From NCBI GenBank assembly GCA_001179505.1, contig CDMY01000027.1, forward strand, positions 62,001 to 126,000: 64,000 nt of DNA, read 5' to 3'. Of this stretch, positions 60,109 to 64,000 are shown piece after piece. A program made the translations under genes and the position numbers. Source of the stretch: Vitrella brassicaformis CCMP3155. Its lineage: Eukaryota > Protista > Chromerida. Below the pieces are notes generated by a model. It saw nothing but the letters and a program-made list of their open reading frames with translations, was not told the DNA's origin and ran no database searches. How positions within the stretch are numbered: the first letter of the stretch is position 1; the number at the start of each line of letters is the position of its first letter.

Positions 60109-61432
60109 CGACGGTGCTGCGTGCGATCCTGGCCTTCCTGTGTGCGTGTGTGTGGTCCCATTTTCGTCCTCACCACCAAGGTTTTTGCTGCAGCCACGTG
60201 GGTGGTGTCCATGTGTCCATGTGTGCGTCTGTCTGTGTGTGGTGAGGGCGTGGGATGAGTGTGGGCTTTGGGGGCTGTAGAGTACGGTTGGTCTTTATTC
60301 GTGTTTTATGGAGATTGCCGTCCAATGATGAATGAATGCCGCTGTCCTGTCTGTCTATCTGTCTGCCCATGGGTGCCCCATGCCTGTCTGCTTTTTTATC
60401 GCAAGCAATGCACTTTTTTTCCCCCCTCTGGCGATATCAGTCAGATGCAGCAGTCAGTCGATTGAGAGCTTCCTCCCTGTGTGGGTCGCTCTGAGAGGGG
60501 TATGAGACGCCCGTCTGCATCCGCTGCTTCGCCTTCAGGACACGTGGTGAGCTTGCGAGCACCTGATCGCCGGCTCACTGCGTGTCGTGTTGACGGCCCA
60601 GCGGATGCAGACCGGCGGAAGGAAGGAGAGATCAAAGCACCTGATGTGTTTGTTCATTCAGGGGGGGCTTATTGCTCATGGTGGTTTGAACCCACATGCT
60701 TCGTTTTCCTCGCTGTCGGTGTGTTGTGTCGTTCGAGTTGTGGTGTTCGCAGTCTGCCTGACGTTGCTTCGTTGTCGTGCACGAGACGCACTCGATCGCT
60801 CGTCGCAAGCACGAGTGATCGATGACGTCTGGTGGACGGCCGGCGAACAACACAGACAGACAATGACACACCCGAGACCGGACAGATGGATCCTTGTCTC
60901 CTGTTTTCGCGGGAAATGGTGAGTGGTGTACTGTTGGACATCGGTCTGCCTTGATGCAGTCTCCTTCAGGAGCAGGGGCTGCAATGCTGTCGGGGTGAGA
61001 GAGACACTGAGAGCGTTGCGGTGTCTGTGGCGGAGGGAGACAGCATCACGGCTGGCGAACCAACAGACCAAGAGATTGCGTGAGATGGTATGCGTGCAGT
61101 GCAGTGCGTTCTGGTCTCATCCGTCCATCCATCCATCGGTTTTTTTCTTCCTGTCCATGTGTCCTTCATCTGGGAATGGAGCTATGCTGAGTGGGTCCAT
61201 GCGATGCGCGAGGGGATTCTTGTACTTCTCTGCCTGCCTGCCCGCCTGCCTGCCTGTGTGCTATCTCTCTCTCATCTGCTCTCGGGCACTCTTTTTCCAC
61301 GGGTGCACCAGTGGACAGATCGAGGGACGCACAAAGAAGAGCAGCGCTAGGCGATAGGTCGGTCATATGCGCACACAATGCGTGTGCTGCGTGGATCTGC
61401 GCGCATGCATGGATGTCCGCATGAGAGCTCAG

Positions 61433-62564
61433 TCAGTGTGTCCTGTCGACTTTGTTGAGGATGGACGTGAGCAGTCCCTTCATCACTGGCTGGCCCTTGC
61501 GCGTCTTCTGATACAACAACCTGACACACACACACACAGCACCATCACGCGCACACACAAACAAATGCACACAGATGCTGCCGCACACGTTAACATGGCT
61601 GGCTGTCTGGTTCTTCCATCTCACTTTTTCTCTCGGTTCCGCCTGGCAACGCTCTCCTTGTGACGCTGCTCGCGCTCTCGCTAACGACACCCACACACAT
61701 ACAACACACATCACGCAAGGAACGGGTGACAAGTATGTATCTGCTTACCCGTTCTTTCTCCCTCTCCTCCCGCTGCCGGGCCTCCTCAGCCTGATGACAT
61801 GACGGGCACACAGAGTCGATGGCACCCTCTTCCTGTCTGCCTGCATTGCGGCGGCCGTACATACATACCTTCCGTTGGTTGAGCTGCATGATGGCCTTGG
61901 CATATGCCGACCCCTTCCCACCGTCCTTCAAGCCACCCTTGCCCTTCCTCCGACCCCTCCTCGGCACACTCTCATCAGCAGCAGCAGGAGGAGAGGGTGC
62001 CTCGGCTGACATGTCACGGGCTTCCTGACGGCTTGATGGCTCATCATGATCCCGAGCCCTCTTCTTGCCTCGATGAGCGGTGGCCCTATCGTCATGAGCT
62101 GGAGAGTGGTGTTCCACTGGTGCATCATCTGGGGCATCGGGCTCGGTCTTGTCGACGGTTGCTGGTGGATGGGGAGGGGTGTGGCGGCCCTTGGGGTCGA
62201 GAAGGCGCCGCTCATAGTCCTCCTCGAGCTCTTCCAGACTCGCCGCAGAGAACACCTGACACCCAAACACACCAGTCAGAAACCGATGTGCATGAGTCAA
62301 CCAACAGCCAGATTGATCATCGTTCGTGTGTGGATCTGATCTGCTGCTGACCTTGTCATAGAAGCTGGCAGAGGCCTTGCTCGTCGATGCATGTGTCGTG
62401 TCGGCAGTGGACGGCACGGCCTTGTGTTTCTTGAGGGCCCTGAGCGCCTTCTTGGCCTTGAAGTCCTTGATGCTCTTCTGCACACTGCTCTGGGAAACCC
62501 ACTTGCCGCGGCTCTTGGCTGTTGGCTTCTGGTACACCACCTTCGAACTGCGGCTGGAGCGCAT
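61433..62564 (-). CDS. FYV7/TAP26(CCDC59)-like rRNA-processing protein
   Basis: Lys/Arg-rich protein with a coiled-coil tail, ending LYQKTRKGQPVMKGLLTSILNKVDRTH*. This matches the K-T-x-K-G-Q-P-x-M...L-x-K-I signature of the family. The start codon is uncertain. Confidence 0.72.
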
Positions 62565-62647
62565 CTTCGCCGCTGCCTTCAGATCGCCACCGCGAGCTTC
62601 ACGCCGATCGCGCGCTGGTGAAATGTTCATGTAGAAATGCAGTAGCC

Positions 62648-63927
62648 ATGGCGCACGCGGACGATGGTAAGCATTCATTGTGGAATTTTGCAGCACTCCG
62701 TCAGTCCACACCACCATGCACTCATCGCTCTCATTCTGTGTGGATTTGGTGCATGGGATGGCTGCAGGTTTGGTCAAGTTGGTGGTGGGGTGCAAGCAGG
62801 AGGTGTTCTACGAGAAAAAGTCGCTGTTGGTCGGGGCATCGCCGCACTTTGAGACCATGCTGCAGGTGAAGTATGCGGAGCGGCAGAGGACAAATGAGTG
62901 CGTGCGCATGACGTGCACTCAACGTTGCTTCTCGATATGCTGCAGGGCGATATGGCCTGCAATGAGAAAAACACCCAGACAGTGGAGCTCCCCAACGTCC
63001 ATCCCGCATGTTTCCAACAACTGAGGGCATTCGGTAAGATAAGCACTTCACTTGACCGAACCGACAAACACGCGTGGGTGGATGGATGGATGGTGCCATC
63101 CTGCCATCCTGTCATCCTGTCTGTGTGTGTGTGTGTCAGTGTACCATGGAGGCGATGACGAGCGGCAGACGGTGCTCAAGAAATACATCGAAGGCTTGGC
63201 AGAGGCCGCCGGCTCACTCACCGTCCCCGCCACCGACCAGTCGGAAACCAAAACGGGCCTGCTGCACCTGGTGGGTCGGTGGGTCGGTGGGGACAAAGAG
63301 AGAAGGCATCCAAGGTCACACACTGACTGTGAGAGGGCATACTATCCTTGTGTGTGTATGTGTGTGTGTGTGTGTATCAGTACCAGATGACGAATTCTCT
63401 GCTGATGGAGGAGCACTCAAACCTCATCCTGGTTGGTACACAGACACACAAACACACTGCTGCGCCGGCACCACCTTCATTAGACTGCAACACACACATA
63501 CATACAACGCGTCCTACCTCTCAATGTGTCGGTTCTGCGTGGCAGGGCCAGATCATGCACCAGCTGCAGCAGCTGCAAGACCCTAGCGAGTACCCGGACG
63601 GCATCGTATCCTTCCTCGTACGTCACCCCACGGCAACTAACACGAAAGAAACGACAGACACACACAGACCTGTTAGCACGAGGGAGGGACGGATGCATGT
63701 GTCGTGCATATTGTGCTGTGTGTCGATGGATTGATCAGCTGCGCGAGAAGCCGAGTCTGAAGGAGACCGAGCCGATGCGTAGTACCATCATCAACTTTGT
63801 CAAGGAGCGGGTGGCCAAGCAGGACTCGCAGGACGTGCAGAAGATCATGCTGGAGCTGGCGCCCACCTGGTGGAATGAAATCATGACAGAGCTCGAGGAC
63901 CAGGCACTAGACATGTCACGTACGTGA
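62648..63927 (+). CDS. BTB/POZ-domain protein (3' end may extend beyond the window)
   Basis: ATG 62648 MAHADDG|GTAAGC...CAG|GLVKLVVGCKQEVFYEKKSLLVGASPHFETML|GDM...TVELPNVHPACFQQLRAF|VY, a typical BTB pattern. Confidence 0.8.
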
Positions 63928-64000
63928 CGTATGCACAACCAAGGAGGACAGCGCATTTCCTTTGTTTCCTTCTCAACCCCCACCACAGCGTGTGTGTGTG

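Overview
Eukaryotic scaffold, intron-rich and high-GC, with two 300-N gaps. The introns are filled with (AC)n/(GT)n/(CCAT)n/(GTCT)n microsatellites. This style and the gene content point to a chromerid alveolate, most likely Vitrella brassicaformis (inference; no search run). I can support about 19 protein-coding genes, mostly by splicing exons manually at GT/GC-AG sites. They are: an MDP1-type HAD phosphatase; a ~15-kb polycystin-1/adhesion-receptor-like gene (signal peptide, Ig-like modules, NHL, Cys-rich repeats, REJ, GPS, multi-TM); ELF1; an FAD-oxidoreductase/cyclopropane-fatty-acid-synthase-like fusion; an EXD1-like pseudo-exonuclease; a CCA-adding enzyme; an LRR protein; an SLC18B1-like MFS transporter; a coiled-coil/GAS2-like protein; Ku80; a cytochrome P450; a FYV7/TAP26-like protein; a BTB protein; and several hypotheticals. 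No tRNA, rRNA, CRISPR array or autonomous mobile element was recognised. The most interesting signals are: (1) a recurring intron design, with AC-type repeats after the donor and complementary GT-type repeats before the acceptor, which suggests structure-assisted splicing; (2) the lipid-modifying fusion enzyme, whose two halves are joined across a GC-AG intron; (3) the giant receptor, with many RRL (TEXEL/PEXEL-like) motifs and Cys-rich repeats built from 11-29-nt micro-exons. Exon boundaries are manual predictions.
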